In this document: one piece after another, positions 1 through 36,312 of the stretch
Position numbering within the stretch: the stretch's first letter is position 1
Layout of the letters: every line of letters begins with the position of its first letter
From: Eledone cirrhosa
Taxonomy: Eukaryota
Length of the DNA stretch: 64,000 bases
Direction: 5' to 3'
Assembly: GCA_964016885.1 (NCBI GenBank)
Contig: OZ024740.1
Coordinates: 209,002,001-209,066,000, forward strand
The notes under the pieces: model-generated
Databases searched by the model: none
What the model was told of the DNA's origin: nothing
What the model saw: only the letters and a program-made list of their open reading frames with translations
Made by a program: the position numbers and the translations under genes

Positions 1-102
1 TAGAAAATACTCAGCTGCTGATACGAAGATTCAAAGAGTAAACTGTTCAATATTTCGAACAATTCCTTTACTCATCGGATTAAATGTATGCATATGGGGT
101 TG

Positions 103-104
<2 letters not shown>

Positions 105-167
<63 letters not shown>

Positions 168-184
168 ATCCACACACACACACA

Positions 185-231
<47 letters not shown>

Positions 232-463
232 CCACACACACACACACACACACACATACACACACACACATACACACACACACACCCATCCACACATACA
301 CACACACACACATCCTCCCACACACACACCCACACACACGCACACACACATACACACACACACACACATCCCCCCCACACATCCACACACACACACACAC
401 ACACACACCCCACACACATACACACACATACACACACACACACCCACACACACCTACACACAC
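105..463. repeat. Imperfect (CA)n microsatellite
   Basis: Directly visible. Source of spurious HT/CV ORFs. Many more (TA)n, (CA)n, (CT)n and (TATG)n tracts occur across the window. Confidence 0.98.
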
Positions 464-858
464 CTTGATAACATCTGTCTTCTCCATTTGGTAGCTGGTT
501 TGGTCCATGGCTGGTTTACAATATGGGGATTGCAGCTTGGGGTTGGTTTAGCGGGGGTTATCAGTACAGTATTTTCTGAGTATTTTGATTACTGGTTAAG
601 GTGATCAATGGTTTTATTTATATACATACATACAAACATACATACATATACACACACAAACACATATATATATTCACACATATATTGTGTGTGTGTGCGT
701 TTGACTACAAAGATATATTCCACTGTACATTGAGAAATCTTCTGAATTAATCTGAAGTCACCTTTCTTGGTCACAAAACCCCGACAATATTCCTTGCTAA
801 AACAGTGTGATCCTATATGCCAGGGGATCACCTTATATGCCAACAAAATACGGTAAAA

Positions 859-1047
859 TTGTTTCTACTTTTGGCACAAGGCCAGCAATTACCTAGTGTA
901 TTACTGGTACTTTATTTTATCGACCCCGTAAGGATGAAAGGCAAAGATAACCTCGGCGGGATTTGAACTCAGAATGGCAAGGGCCGTAACTCTATGTGTC
1001 AAAGCATGGCGTCCGACCCTCTACCGATACTGCCAATCCACCGCCCT
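859..1047 (-). mobile_element. tRNA-derived SINE (octopus SINE family, probable Meta-domain core)
   Basis: Pol III B-box GTTCAAATCC and core GCCTTTCATCCTTACGGGGTCGATAAAATAAAGTACCAG. Near-identical copies elsewhere in the window. Confidence 0.85.
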
Positions 1048-1140
1048 TTGCCAATCCACCGCCAGTAATAATATCTGAAGGACATAAGAATTATGAGTTT
1101 TTATAAAACTAAACACGATTCTCTTTCTTATTATTTCCAG

Positions 1141-21493
<20,353 letters not shown>

Positions 21494-23229
21494 ATAAATA
21501 AATAAATATATATATATACTGACGTAAACAGACCTCGTTGTTAGCAGCAGTGATATGTTGATAGAGAAATTATTCAATTCCAGCAATGCTCAAATGAATA
21601 GTATCGTATCAGTAATAACTGATCGTTGGACAACAATAAAAAGCAGCATTAACAACGAAATAATGAGAAGTGCTATAACGAAAGTCATATGTATGAATAA
21701 TCCCATTCACATTTGTGTTCACTCCACTCCCACCCCCTCTCTCCTTTACACAGTATTATATACCGAAATACCTTAAATATATATAGAATAATAATAACCT
21801 TCTAAAATATTCTTCTGAAAACTGGTACCAAAATATATATTAAAACTGTGTTTGATGGAGATATAAAAATCTGTGTTGTGTTTCAAAAGATCTCAGTTTA
21901 GTTCTGGTGGTTAATAGTGGCCTATGTCACATCTTATTTTAACCACGTTAGTTTTTACATAACAATTTTTTGGGGGTGGGGGCATGCCATTTTATTTTTA
22001 AATCTTTCAATAACGAAAGAAATTCTAATCATTTTTACTTATGGATTTATTATCTTATTATTTCTTAAACTGAATAAAATATCAAAGAAAAAATAATATA
22101 TTAAGTAATATCTATTTGTTTTAAATGATAAAAAAATAATGGTTTTATAATAATAATTTTTTTTTTTTGTTTTTTTGTTTTTTTGTAAGGTTTCTCTAGC
22201 AATCTGTTGCTAGGTGAAGTGTGTTAATTGGACTCAGATCAGTCCCTGATCTTAGGCTCAATATATCGCGTAGGATTCTGGCAGTGTTAGTAAAGGTAGA
22301 AATTTCGGTACTGCCTATGATGTCGGGGATCCAAAAGCTTTTGATGAAAGGCGTAAGACGTTTAGCGACCGTGTCTAGCTCAATAATAATAATAATTGTT
22401 TCTACTATTGGCACAAGGCCAGCAAAACCCAGTACATTACTGGTACTGTATTTTATCGACCCCGTAACGATGAAAAGTATTAACTGACTTTTTAATTAAT
22501 CTACAATTCTCTCGTTGTTACTAATAATACAAATGTTACTGATTATCAACTTATGGCAATTGTTTTAAATGCTTCTTTTTCGATATTCATTTTTTAAAAT
22601 GTATTCTCCTAAAATCTTCATTTTTTTTTTTTTTCAAATAAAGATAGAGTCTAACTTGTTTCTTGTATTTCTTTTTTTTTTTTTTGTAATATATCATATG
22701 TACTTGTGTGCTTCCCTCTCTCACATCTATATCCCTTCCATACCATCCCACCACTGTGTCTCCTATATCACTCCCTTCCATACCATCCCTCCAATGTGTC
22801 TCTTCCGTCACACTCATAACCATCACTCCTCTTCTATTTTCATTCTCGATCACGTTTGTCTCAGAACAAGGTAACCTCTCTAGAGTTGGTGCCATTATAC
22901 GACGCACTCGGTACACTCATAAAAGGGGTTGACATTCAAACGGGGACACACATAGACACACATAGAGAGGGGAAGACTGGCTCCGGTCACGTCAAGGACA
23001 TGGTAACATCTGTAGTGCTGGTGCCATGATGAAATGCACCCAGTACACTCTGCGAAGTAATTGAAGCTAGAAAGAACCACCTCCACACGTAGACTCTTCA
23101 GTCACGTCAAGGACATTTACTGACGTCAGTAAACGTAAACAACGTAAAATGAATAATTTAACATCTTCAAATATAAAAAAAGTGTATAACGTATGTATAG
23201 ATGTATGTAAATATATATATATACATATA

Positions 23230-23473
23230 TTCAGGTTTGAGATTCACCACTGGATAGAGCTGGTCAATTCCATGTGGTCAATCGTAATGTAATAATATAG
23301 AGAGTACTCAACGTAAAGCAGTTCAACCGTCTTTGTTTTTGTAGTTGGTGGTGCTATTACGGAGTTAAATATTATAATGAAATGACAGGAGGCTGGATTG
23401 TGTAAATCCTTGAAAGGTTTGAAACCTTTCAAGGATTTACACAATCCAGCCTCCTGTCATTTCATTATAATAT
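23230..23473 (-). mobile_element. Short fold-back element, family C (relatives 41600-43270, 51940-52220)
   Basis: Perfect ~49-bp inverted arms 23369-23417 / 23425-23473, between (TA)n tracts. Confidence 0.7.
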
Positions 23474-23619
23474 ATATACATATATATATATACTTAAGGT
23501 AAATATTGATGCCATTCAATTCAAGCACTCAACGTGCTTATTCCACATAGGAGTGACGGAGTAAATATCGAATAAAGGAAAAGCGAAGTAGTTTCAGATG
23601 TTCAAGTCCTATAATAATA

Positions 23620-23800
23620 ATTGTTTCTACTTTAGGCACAAGGCCAGCAATTACCCAGTGCATTACTGGTACTTTATTTTATCGACCCCGTAAGGATGAA
23701 AGGCAAAGTGAACCTCGGCGGGATTTGAACTCAGATCGTAAAGGGACGTAACTATGCTGGAAAGCATGGCGTCCGACCCTCTACCGATACTGCCAATCCA
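23620..23800 (-). mobile_element. Young SINE copy
   Basis: As for 15251-15437. Confidence 0.85.
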
Positions 23801-24300
23801 CAATAATGCTGTGATATATATTTCAATGGCGACAGTGGCCACACTGTTCCGTGCGCCAGTGCCGCGACATCGTTAGACAGCTTGTTACATAATAAGGTTA
23901 TGTTTCCGAGGCAATCCAAATTGAATCGACATGGAAACGGATGAAGTGTGTGTTCTTGGGTTCTTCATCCGTTCCCTTGTGAGTACCAATTCACCCCCAC
24001 TGGTCTGCGCAGGCGCAGGTCCGAAGGAAGTTGACCATTAGCTACCGCAGAGTTCAACGAAATTCGCCTAGGCAGTTCCCCCTCTCAACCAAACAATGAC
24101 CTATTCAGGCCTGTAATATATAGCGTACTGCTAGCCACCCTCTCAGTGGCAGTCAGCCGAATAGATGTTTACAACTGATTTAGAGCACTCGACAGATTTC
24201 TGGAGTAAGTATTCAATGATATTAAATATCATTCCAGGGATAACTTGAACCGTTAAGGTATATTATCCTTGGTCATGTCAAATATTTATAAAACATTTTG

Positions 24301-24362
24301 TATTTTATCTGATGATAGCGTACCAAAATTTTTGGTACTCTTGAAATATATATAATAGAATA
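24301..24362 (+). ncRNA. Type I hammerhead (family A)
   Basis: TATTTTAT-CTGATGA-..GTACCA-AAATTTT-TGGTAC..-GAAA-TATATA-TA-ATAGAATA. Confidence 0.75.
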
Positions 24363-24406
24363 AATATGGTTTTATAAATATAGTTTCCATTTATTTAATA
24401 TCATTG

Positions 24407-24485
<79 letters not shown>

Positions 24486-24827
24486 ATACAATAACAGAGA
24501 AAGCTTTAAGCAATACTCCGACCGACTTCCGTCTCACTCAACAAACATTAGGATATACCTTAGTATAATCCCAATTATACGTTTGGGGTGCTAACTATAC
24601 GTATTTTGCGGATAGCCAGTTGTATTATTTTATATGAGACATAATTAAATACATCCCTCCTTACAAACGATCGTTTCATTATAAGTTTTCTACAAGTTGG
24701 GAAAATAATATCCAGGTTATGTAGAAGCCTACACATAGTCTATAGGAATATATGCAGATGGGCACTTATAAATCATCAGTGGATGCCCAACAATATCGAT
24801 ATAAAAAAAAACCTACCGATATTAACA

Positions 24828-24925
<98 letters not shown>

Positions 24926-26137
24926 CGCGTGCGCGTGCGCGTGTGTGTTTGTGTGTATACACGATAGTATAGTTATCTTCAACACAGTTTCGTTGCTACC
25001 ATTACGTATATATATGCATGCATGTGTACATGTATGTATATACGTACGTATGTAGGTACGTACGTACGTATGTAGGTACGTACGTTCGTATGTAGGTAGG
25101 TACGTACGAATGTAGGTACGTACGTTCGTATGTAGGTACATACGTACGTACGTATGTATGTATTATGTATGTATGGTCCAAGTTCTAGACCTTAGCTGAA
25201 AGTTTCCATAGAGGAACATCTTTTCAATGAGATCTTCGGTTATATTAGTTTTTCTGATATTTTCTATATTATATGAAAAGCAGAGAATATACACCTCACG
25301 TACGTCAATAATCACTGAGAAATGTTTCTAATGAGAAAAATAATTAATTTAGAGTAATTATGTAAATTAGTAGAGCATTAAAAAAAACATGTTTGTTCAG
25401 AAAATGAAAAAAAAAAGGGTATCTACAGGATGGGCCAGAATTGATGACTCGCTTGGTAGTTATATTTCTTAACATGCTTATTTTATTGAGTGTATTACTG
25501 GTACTTTATTTTATCGACCCCGTAAGGATGAAAGGCAAAGTTAACCTCGGCGAGAGTTTAGGTAATAATGATAATGATGATTTCTACTATAGGCACAAGG
25601 CCAGCAATTTGAAAGGGAGGGGAAAGTCGATTAAATCGACTCCATTGTATTACTGGTACTTTATTTTATCGACCCCGTAAGGTTGAAAGACAAAGTTAAC
25701 CTCGGCGGGATTTTAGGTAATAATAATAATGATGATATTGTGGAGGTGTGCGGTTTAGGTTGTTCGGTTCACGATCGTAAGGTCGTGATTTCGATTCCTG
25801 CCTGCACTAGGCGACACGTAGTGTCTTTGAGCAAGACGCTTTATTTTACGTTGTTTCAATGGTCAGAGTTCTTATCATATCTTTCTACTGTATTAACGAT
25901 ATCGAAATCTTCTAGTAACAGAACAAAATGATCTAATACTGAAACAGCCTTACACCAGGATAAGACGGAGCCGCACCCCTCTCGCTTTAAATAGGATGCC
26001 CGGAGATGCCCGGATACTGCAGTAACGAAAGAAGTGGGGGTGAGGATGGAGATATTAAATTTCTTTCCGACTGTCAATCCTCTAAATGATGACTCATTTC
26101 TAAAATAATTCATAGAATGCTTCAGGTTGCTTTACAT

Positions 26138-29100
26138 CAGTGGTCGCCAACCTTTCTAAAACCGAGGAACCCTCTAAATATTTTGAATTCTTCACGGAAC
26201 CTATACAATACAAAACTTTTCAAAAAAAAAATAATAAAGTATTTATTTATTTTAGTGTTTCATGCGTGTGTATGTAATCGAACACAATTAACTAGTGGCT
26301 TTTCTGCTGTTGCCCCTCATCAGTGAGTTTAGAAAATCGAGGTTCAACACTAGTTAATGCCAGTCTCATACACTCGTCAATTGCTGACAGTTTATTCATC
26401 TTCTTTGTGCTGATTTCTACCAACTGCGAAAACCCTTTTTCGCACAAGTAGCTAGATGGGAATAAAGTCAAATATTTCAATGCAAGTTGGCTGATTTCAT
26501 TAAACTACCCAATCAAGAATAAGTCGATCCATAGTTCTTTCTTTCTGCTTTCGAATATCACTTTCAGGTCTTCGTTTGAATTCAAATCCATCAACTGATG
26601 TAAGCATTGTGCAGGTAGTAAATTTTTACAATTTCCAGCGTCATTTTCTGACACTAACTGCTCGATCTCGGCGAACGGATTTTTTATCTATAAATTTCCG
26701 CTAACAATATCTTTTTCCATCAAGTCAAAATAATCTGAAAAACTTGTGGAAAGCACATTTAAATGAGAAAGAATAATCTTCTTTAGATTGCTGGAATCAA
26801 AATCTTCTCTCTTTTTAAGCTCTATTTCAAGGTTTGAAAGTAATGAGTAATTGTCCGATTCAATTCTTTGTATAAAGATGTTTAATTTTGATTGAAAATA
26901 TGTAATAAAATTGATTGAAGTAAAAATATCTGCATTGTTACCCTGAAAACACTTATTTAGTTTGTTCAGTTCACCAAAAATGTCTACTAAATAAGCGAGT
27001 TGCACATTCCATTCATTGGTTTCTAATACACTTGCTCTTTCATCATTCTGTTTTTTTAGAAAAACTATTATTTCTTCTCTCAGTTCAAAATCTCTCTTCA
27101 TAGCATCCCCAAAAGACAGCCAACGCACATCATTGTTCAATAACAATCTATTATAATTACTTCCAGAAGATTCACAAATAGATTCAAACATTCTAGAATT
27201 TTTTGCTCTTGCATGGATCAAATTGATAATTTTGACAATGTCTTTCAGCTGGTCATTTAATATTTGAGCATCTGTCTTTGAATTTTTTTGAACACAAAAC
27301 CTCTCGATGAATCATACAATGATTTGAAATACAATTTGGGGGGTCTGTTCTTTAATTTTTGCAATCAAACCAGAATTTTTACCAGTCATTGCAGCTGCTC
27401 CATCTGTTGTTATTGAAGTCAACTTGCTCCAAGATACACCAATTTTTAAAAAATACTCTTCAATTTTATTGAATATATCTTGACCTTTAGTTGTGATGTC
27501 TAATACCAGACAAAACAAATATTCTTCTACTAATTATTTTTTATCAACGTCTACAAACTGTACATAGCAAATTAATTGATCCTTGTTATTAATATCCGTA
27601 GTTTCGTCCACTTGCAGACCAAAACATGTGCTTTTCTTTAGTGCAGTTAGTATCTGATTTTCTATATCAGAAGAAATATCAATTATCCTTCATTTTACGG
27701 TATTTGCTGACAATGGTAACTGGCTTAATTTTTCTTTGTCCTTAATACTGCAGCTTTCAAAAAGATTCTCTGTAGCAATTTTTATACTTGGCAGAATTAA
27801 CTGTTCTCCTAATGTAAATGGTTTCTTGTTTTTACCAATCAAATGTGAAATTTCAAAAGATGTTCTTGTTAAAGCTTTATTTCTATCTGACTTTTTACAA
27901 AACAAGTCATACATATTAGCTTGTGATTTTTTTATGTTGTTTGATGTAAAGTATTCCAGTGACTTGTTTTTATCATTGGTGTGATTAGTATCAAGGTGTC
28001 TTTTAAGTTTTGCAGGATTTAAACAGCTATTTGATAGAACTTTTGAACATAACAAACACATGGGCTGATCTGGTGTATCTTTTTTAGTGTCAGCTTTTTG
28101 AAATCCATATCTAACAATCATCACACCACTGTCTAACCTTACTGCTGGTATCTAACTTCAGCTTCTTTGCAGTAGACATCATATGAATGTTATTTATCTA
28201 CAGTTAATATTTTTAATATGACATTAATAAACAAGAGAAATTAATTTTTTTTTATTACAAAAAGTACTTAAATTAACTTTAATTTTAGATATTTGGAAAA
28301 ACTTAACTAGTTAAAAAAAAATTTTAATTTAAAAAAATTGAAATTTCTCCATTTTAGGATGGCAAACATATTATTTAGTCTTATAATAATATTAAAATAT
28401 TAGGGGTTACTGAAAAAAGGTGCAAATTTATAAACAACTAGAAGAAATTTTTTTCAGAGTCCAGCACTTCCTGCATATACTACTTTAAGGTCGTATTAAA
28501 TATTATTGGTAATGTAAATATATTTAAATATCCGCCATACTAAAAGGTGCAAAAAATGAAAATCAGCTGATAGTGTAGAAAATGTGACGATGGTATTGGA
28601 AATTAATTCAGATATCTTCTATCTATTTTGACTCAAAGTTAGATATAATATAAGAAGGCTTTAGGCTGCGTTAAACATATATTAGATTGGAACAAATAAA
28701 GTTTAGTCAAATGTTTGTGGACATATATATTTATTATATAAAGTAATTTCTCAATTGTGAATGCAGATGTCATCAAATGAATATATAATTGTGTGGCAAA
28801 GTTTATAGTGTATGCATGGAATACAAAATTACCTTTGTTAGTAGTCGAAACTTTACAGGCGTTATATTTTCTGTGCAAAGTACAACAGAATGTAACGTGC
28901 TCTTATTTAGGAGTGTCTGTGGAACTGGATGCATGTTGAAAACGACTAGTAAGTGAGTTCACTCTATGAGGAAACTTTAGGCGACTTTAAAGCTTTTCTG
29001 AGGACAGCAGATTAAAACGTGTTCTCTATTGAAAACATTCTACTGAACTTACGTTGTGAGAACAGCGAACTGATCCTGTCTCTCGGCTGAGAGACCTCGC

Positions 29101-29516
29101 TGAACTGAAGTTTTCAGTTTAAAGTTATGCTGTCATCGACCAACATTTACTTGTTCGTGATTGGTCAATTTCTAAGTTCAATTAGTAGTAGTCAAATTCT
29201 CGGAATTCAGAAAACTATGTCTTTCCAAGAATTGATGTGAAATTGAAAGTATTCAATTTCCACGAATCTCAGAACTGTTTTTCTGCTAATTCAAGTGAGA
29301 AACTGAAAGTAGTGTTTTCCACGAATTGGAGTGGAGAACCTGTGTACACTACAATAGTACTCGTTCATTTATACATTGCACCTTTGGCCTTTTCTTTGCA
29401 CCTTTTTCAGAAAACCCAAAATATTAATGGTAATGTATATATTTATTTTTTTAAGGAACCTGGAGTTTGTTTTACGGAACCCCAAGGTTCCGCGGAACCC
29501 ATGTTGGCGACCACTG
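26138..29516 (-). mobile_element. hAT (Buster/Charlie-like) DNA transposon, full length
   Basis: Perfect 14-bp TIRs CAGTGGTCGCCAAC, 8-bp TSD CTTTACAT (26130-26137 / 29517-29524), subterminal GGAACC repeats. Confidence 0.95.
26292..28124 (-). pseudogene. Disrupted hAT transposase (ZBED5/FAM200-like)
   Basis: ORF pieces with BED finger (CLLC...LKRHLDTNH), TDGAAAM, VRWLS, YLVDIF and YLCEKGFS motifs, split by frameshifts and stops. Confidence 0.9.
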
Positions 29517-29793
29517 CTTTACATGATAGTACCTATTATTAAAACCCCAAAGAAACCTCCTATGAGATGCAACCACGAATAAGGCCAGCTAAACCTTCAT
29601 AGTGTGAACTGTAACAACATACATGTGTATGTGTACGATAGGACTGGGGACCTCCTCTCATGAAAATATACATGAGGTGCAACCCTATAGGGTTGCATCT
29701 CATAGAAAGTGTGGATTGTAACTTTTATTTCTTTTCTTGTCATATCGTTTAGTTCTTCAGGAGTTATTGAATCAATAAAATTCACACTCACAT

Positions 29794-31634
<1,841 letters not shown>

Positions 31635-31859
31635 GAATAAACAAGAAATATGAACACTAATATAAACATACATGTGTTCGAATCGTAAGGACCAAATTTG
31701 CTAGGGTGAAAAAATACTAACTACAGCAATATAGTTTGTTATCCTTAACTTTAAATATTAAATTAAGAAAAATAACATACCTATATTGGGCAAAAATGCT
31801 CGGAAAAGCTTTTTTCTTAGAGGTATTTAATTGTAAGAGACTACCCTGAGTTCTTAACT

Positions 31860-31936
<77 letters not shown>

Positions 31937-32869
31937 TAAAATAGAGACGTTTTAATATACATAAACTAGACAGAGCCATAGATATATATATAGATATGTT
32001 TTTGGCAACCATTCACGGTGTGGCTCAATGACGAATTAATTAATTAAATAATCAACAATCAGAGCAATATATAAGAAAGTAAGTCCATAGAATCATTTGA
32101 TAAAATATATATAGTATTTCTTCTCACAATCACCATAATCAACCACATAAAAAATCAATTAATCTATGGACTTACTTTCTTATATATTGCTCTGATTGTT
32201 GATTATTTAATTTGAAGGGCGACTCGACGGGATTTGAACTCAGATCGTAAAAGGACGTAACTATGCTGGAAAGCATGGCGTCCGACCCTCTACCGATACT
32301 GCCAATTCAACCCTTAATAATAATATCTAATTATAAAAATACAATAGGATTTTTTAAACATTGAATGGTTATAGGGGTCCACTAGAGTAAAATAGGAATC
32401 AAAAGGGTCTATTGATAAATGGTTGAGAACCACTGGTCTGAGCTGTGCTCCACAGAAAAAATGGCAATGGTATTGTCGCGGAAAACAGCCAGCGACACCC
32501 ACTGCATCAGCCACTTCATTTCACGGGCTCCTTCTTTAGGCAGGACAACTCCTCCCAATTCTGTGGAGGAAAGTGGCAGATCAGGGGTCGAGGACACCGG
32601 ATATTGCAATGACAACCGGCGCGAAAAGAAAGCTGAGGAGACAAACCAACATTTGTTGATTCTTAAAGGAGCATGTTAGTATTGCTTATGGTGCCTTTCC
32701 CAGACCCTATCACATAAGTAAAATTTTACGCTAATTAAATTTTATATATTCAAATGAAGTTCAGATATAAAAAAAATAAGCTTAAAAAGAATTTATTATA
32801 TCAAATAAACAAAAAATAAAACATAGACGTTTGAATAAAAAAAATATAAAGTTAAATTTATTGTCTTTT

Positions 32870-33110
32870 AGAACTTTCCAAATGTATTTATATCTCGCAT
32901 CATTGCTGTCAATAAATAATTTAGCAGCTTCTTCACAACTAATCTTTTTCAAAACATCCCTATTAGAATATAATTCAACCTTTGCTGAGTCATGCTCGAT
33001 CGCAGCCAGGTTTTGCGCCTCTGCAGAGCGCTAAAACATCTTTCAGCTTCACAAGAACTGGTTGGAAACACTAAAAGTAGCCTGAGCAATATGTATTATA
33101 CATATGTATG
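32870..33110 (-). mobile_element. Old hAT transposase remnant (dimerisation domain)
   Basis: Reverse frames read LLVFPTSSCEAERCFSAL...AAIEHD. Confidence 0.5.
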
Positions 33111-33655
33111 ACTTGTTAGTGGGATTTTCTTTGTTTTTTAATTGGGAAAAAGTGGGGCGGACTTGTCACCTGGTACCCCACTGAAACAAGGCCCTTGTGT
33201 AAATGTATGAAAATTAATGAGGGGTGGGAAAATGTGGGTGTTTATTTATTTAATCAATATAAACGTCCGTATATAGCTAATAAGCCATGACAGATTAGGG
33301 GAGGTATCTAGTACCTCCAAGACAGACAGAGATTAAAAGAAAAGGGGGCCAACGGGAAGCAAAAGAGCATGGAAAAAAGAAGATAAAGAAAAAATGGAAA
33401 ACAAAGTAAAGCTGTAAAGCAGCTAAAAGTTTCTGTTGTTGAATAAAAGAATCCATGATAATATAATTTAATTTTGAGGAGTGTACTATTATTTGATATA
33501 TAAATAGCCTGTATCATGAGCTGTTTGCTGCTTAGCTGACGTGGGGGGGGGGGGGGGTTCAGATGGTGCCAGGTCAACCGTAGGTCATCTACAAGTTTCA
33601 GTCATTGTGTTGATGCGCACGTACACACACACACAATATACATACATAGACACAA

Positions 33656-33714
<59 letters not shown>

Positions 33715-33893
33715 CACCATATACATACATGCACACAAAATACGCGCGCGCGCACGAACGCACACGACAACGCAACCAGATAGGTTATTCTTGAAATGTA
33801 GAGCAAAATTTCAACAATAGTAGATTGTGTTAAGGAGTCCCTTAAAATGAAAATTTTGCTAGTAATATACAACCATGAGACTGTGTTTTTGCA

Positions 33894-33962
<69 letters not shown>

Positions 33963-33963
<1 letters not shown>

Positions 33964-36312
33964 TCCATTATGATAGAAACAAATCTGGCAAGGATAATAA
34001 CACCAACAAATTTGACTCCTTCGGCTTTAAAACATTTAGAAGCCCCCCTCATAACACACTATTAAACCTCTTCGAAAACGACCTAATTAAACTAGTTAAA
34101 AACATTAAATACAAAAAACACCATAATAAAAACAACACCTTCTTAAACAAACTTAGCACCTCTATTAATGACTTCAAAACTAGTAGTAAAATTGTTGTAC
34201 ATGCCGACAAAACTAATAACATATACAGCCTAGATTATAATACGTATAGAAAGCTTATATATAATGAACTACATAAAAGCTACAAAAAAACCACTATGAA
34301 AAACTTAGAAGATATTAATATGGAAGGCTATAATATAGTATCCAAACTAGGGCTCCAGAGACATACACAACCTTACACCTCAAACCCCCCTAGATTCTCT
34401 CTGAAGGACCATAAGGTAGACTTCATTAGCAACCCCTCGATTAGACTAATCTGCCCCTCCAGGTCTGACATTGGCATTATCAGTAAAAAAATCCTAGACA
34501 AAATCATCCCACAGATTAAACACAAGATTTACCTTAAGCAATGGGGAAATACGGGTGAAGTGATTGAATGGTTCAAAAATATCATAGATAACAAGGATAA
34601 AAAATTTATCCAATTTGATATCAACTCTTACTACACCTCTATTTCCCCTATCCTACTAAATAATGGCCATGGACAATAGTGACTTGACTAGACCCCAGAT
34701 TGATGTCATACTTGCGGCCCGTAAAACAATAATCACCTTTGAGGACCAATTATGGACCCGCAAGGATACGCAAAACAACTTCGACATTACTATGGGGTCT
34801 AGTGACTCGGCGCAGGTCACTGATTTGGTTGGCCTATACTTACTTAACCTAATCCACAGGGAACTTCCGTACCTCAGCGGTGGTTTGTATCGCGATGATG
34901 CACTTCTACTTATAGACTATAAAAAATTCAATATAGAAAGGACTAGAAAACTATTGCACAAAACATTCAAAAACTTTAACCTTAGTATTACCATGGACAA
35001 AAACACCAAAAACGTCAACTTCCTAGACGCCACACTCTACTTAGACTCAATGATATATGCACCTTTCCACAAACCTAATGAAAAACTCATCTACGTAGAT
35101 ACCAAGTCTAACCACCCTAAATCTATATTGAACTCTATCTCTAAGGGAGTATCTAATAGAATCTCTAATCTATCCTATGACATAAACACATTTAACAATA
35201 ACTCGCAGTATTATAATCAGGCATTAGCTAGATCAGGCCATAATACAGGGATAGAGTTCCTACCTACAAAAACACATAGCTACAACATCATTTCACACAA
35301 CATGTCCATGGGAAAATTTAATAATAAGAATAGCAACTGCACACACACTAATAGGGATTGTAACAACAAGAGTAACCCGCACCACAGAAATGACCATAGG
35401 AACATTAAAGGAAACAAATCACCAGACATAAAAAACAGTAATAGAAGAAGAAATAATACATTTTTCAACCCTCCTTTCAATTTAAACGTCTCTACCAACC
35501 TTCCTAGGGCTTTCTTCTCACTACTAGATAAACACTTCCCATCCGGCCACAGGTACCACGGCCTTTTAAACAAAAACACTATTAAGATCTCATACTCTAC
35601 TACGCCTAACTTAGCATACCACATAGCTAGTACAAATAAAAGAAAAATTAATTCTTACTTCCAACAAACTAAATCACAACGGCCGATAAACCTTCAAAAT
35701 AACATTCAAAATGACAGTCAAAGTAACATTATAACAAATAACCGTAATATCAATGGAAATAGTAGTAATAGCACTAGTGTAAACATTAACGCTGCGTACC
35801 ACAACCCGCATAACCATAACCCTATAGCTAACCTCCAAACTTCTACACAGCATAGTAACCGGCAGACTAGCACCCAGAGTAATTGTAACTGTAGATCAAG
35901 TAGAACCTGCCCTTTAGATAAAAAATGCTTAACCAAGGATATCATATACTCATGTACAGTCACAACTAACAGCTCTTCTGAAACCTACATAGGCTCCACT
36001 TCTAACTGCTTCAAAACTAGATACAATTCGCACCTCCACTCTTTCAAAAAACACAGTCTAGCCAACTCCACTTCACTATCTAGCTACATACACTATCTAA
36101 AAACTAAAAATAAAATATATACACTTAAATGGGAAGTGGTAGGTAGTGCAACATCGTACAAACCACCCGATAAATTTTGTAACCTCTGTCTACTAGAGAC
36201 CCATACTATCATCTTCTCTAAACATAATCTCCTTAATAAAAAATCAGAAGTGTTCGCAAATTGCCAACACCGCTTCCGACACTCGTTCCAAAACTTTAAA
36301 CCCTATATATAA
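33963..36312 (+). pseudogene. PLE RT/GIY-YIG polyprotein with one frameshift near 34665
   Basis: Open from 33963 (FGFKT..PP, ADKTNNIY), then FDINSYYTSI, TMGSSDS, GLYRDD, CNCR..CPL...C, IIY...YIG, CNLCLLE, LLNKKSE. Confidence 0.9.

Noticed and set aside
31-508. ORFs rich in HT, CV, IY, ER or MYVC throughout the window
   Set aside because: Translations of microsatellites, with no coding signal
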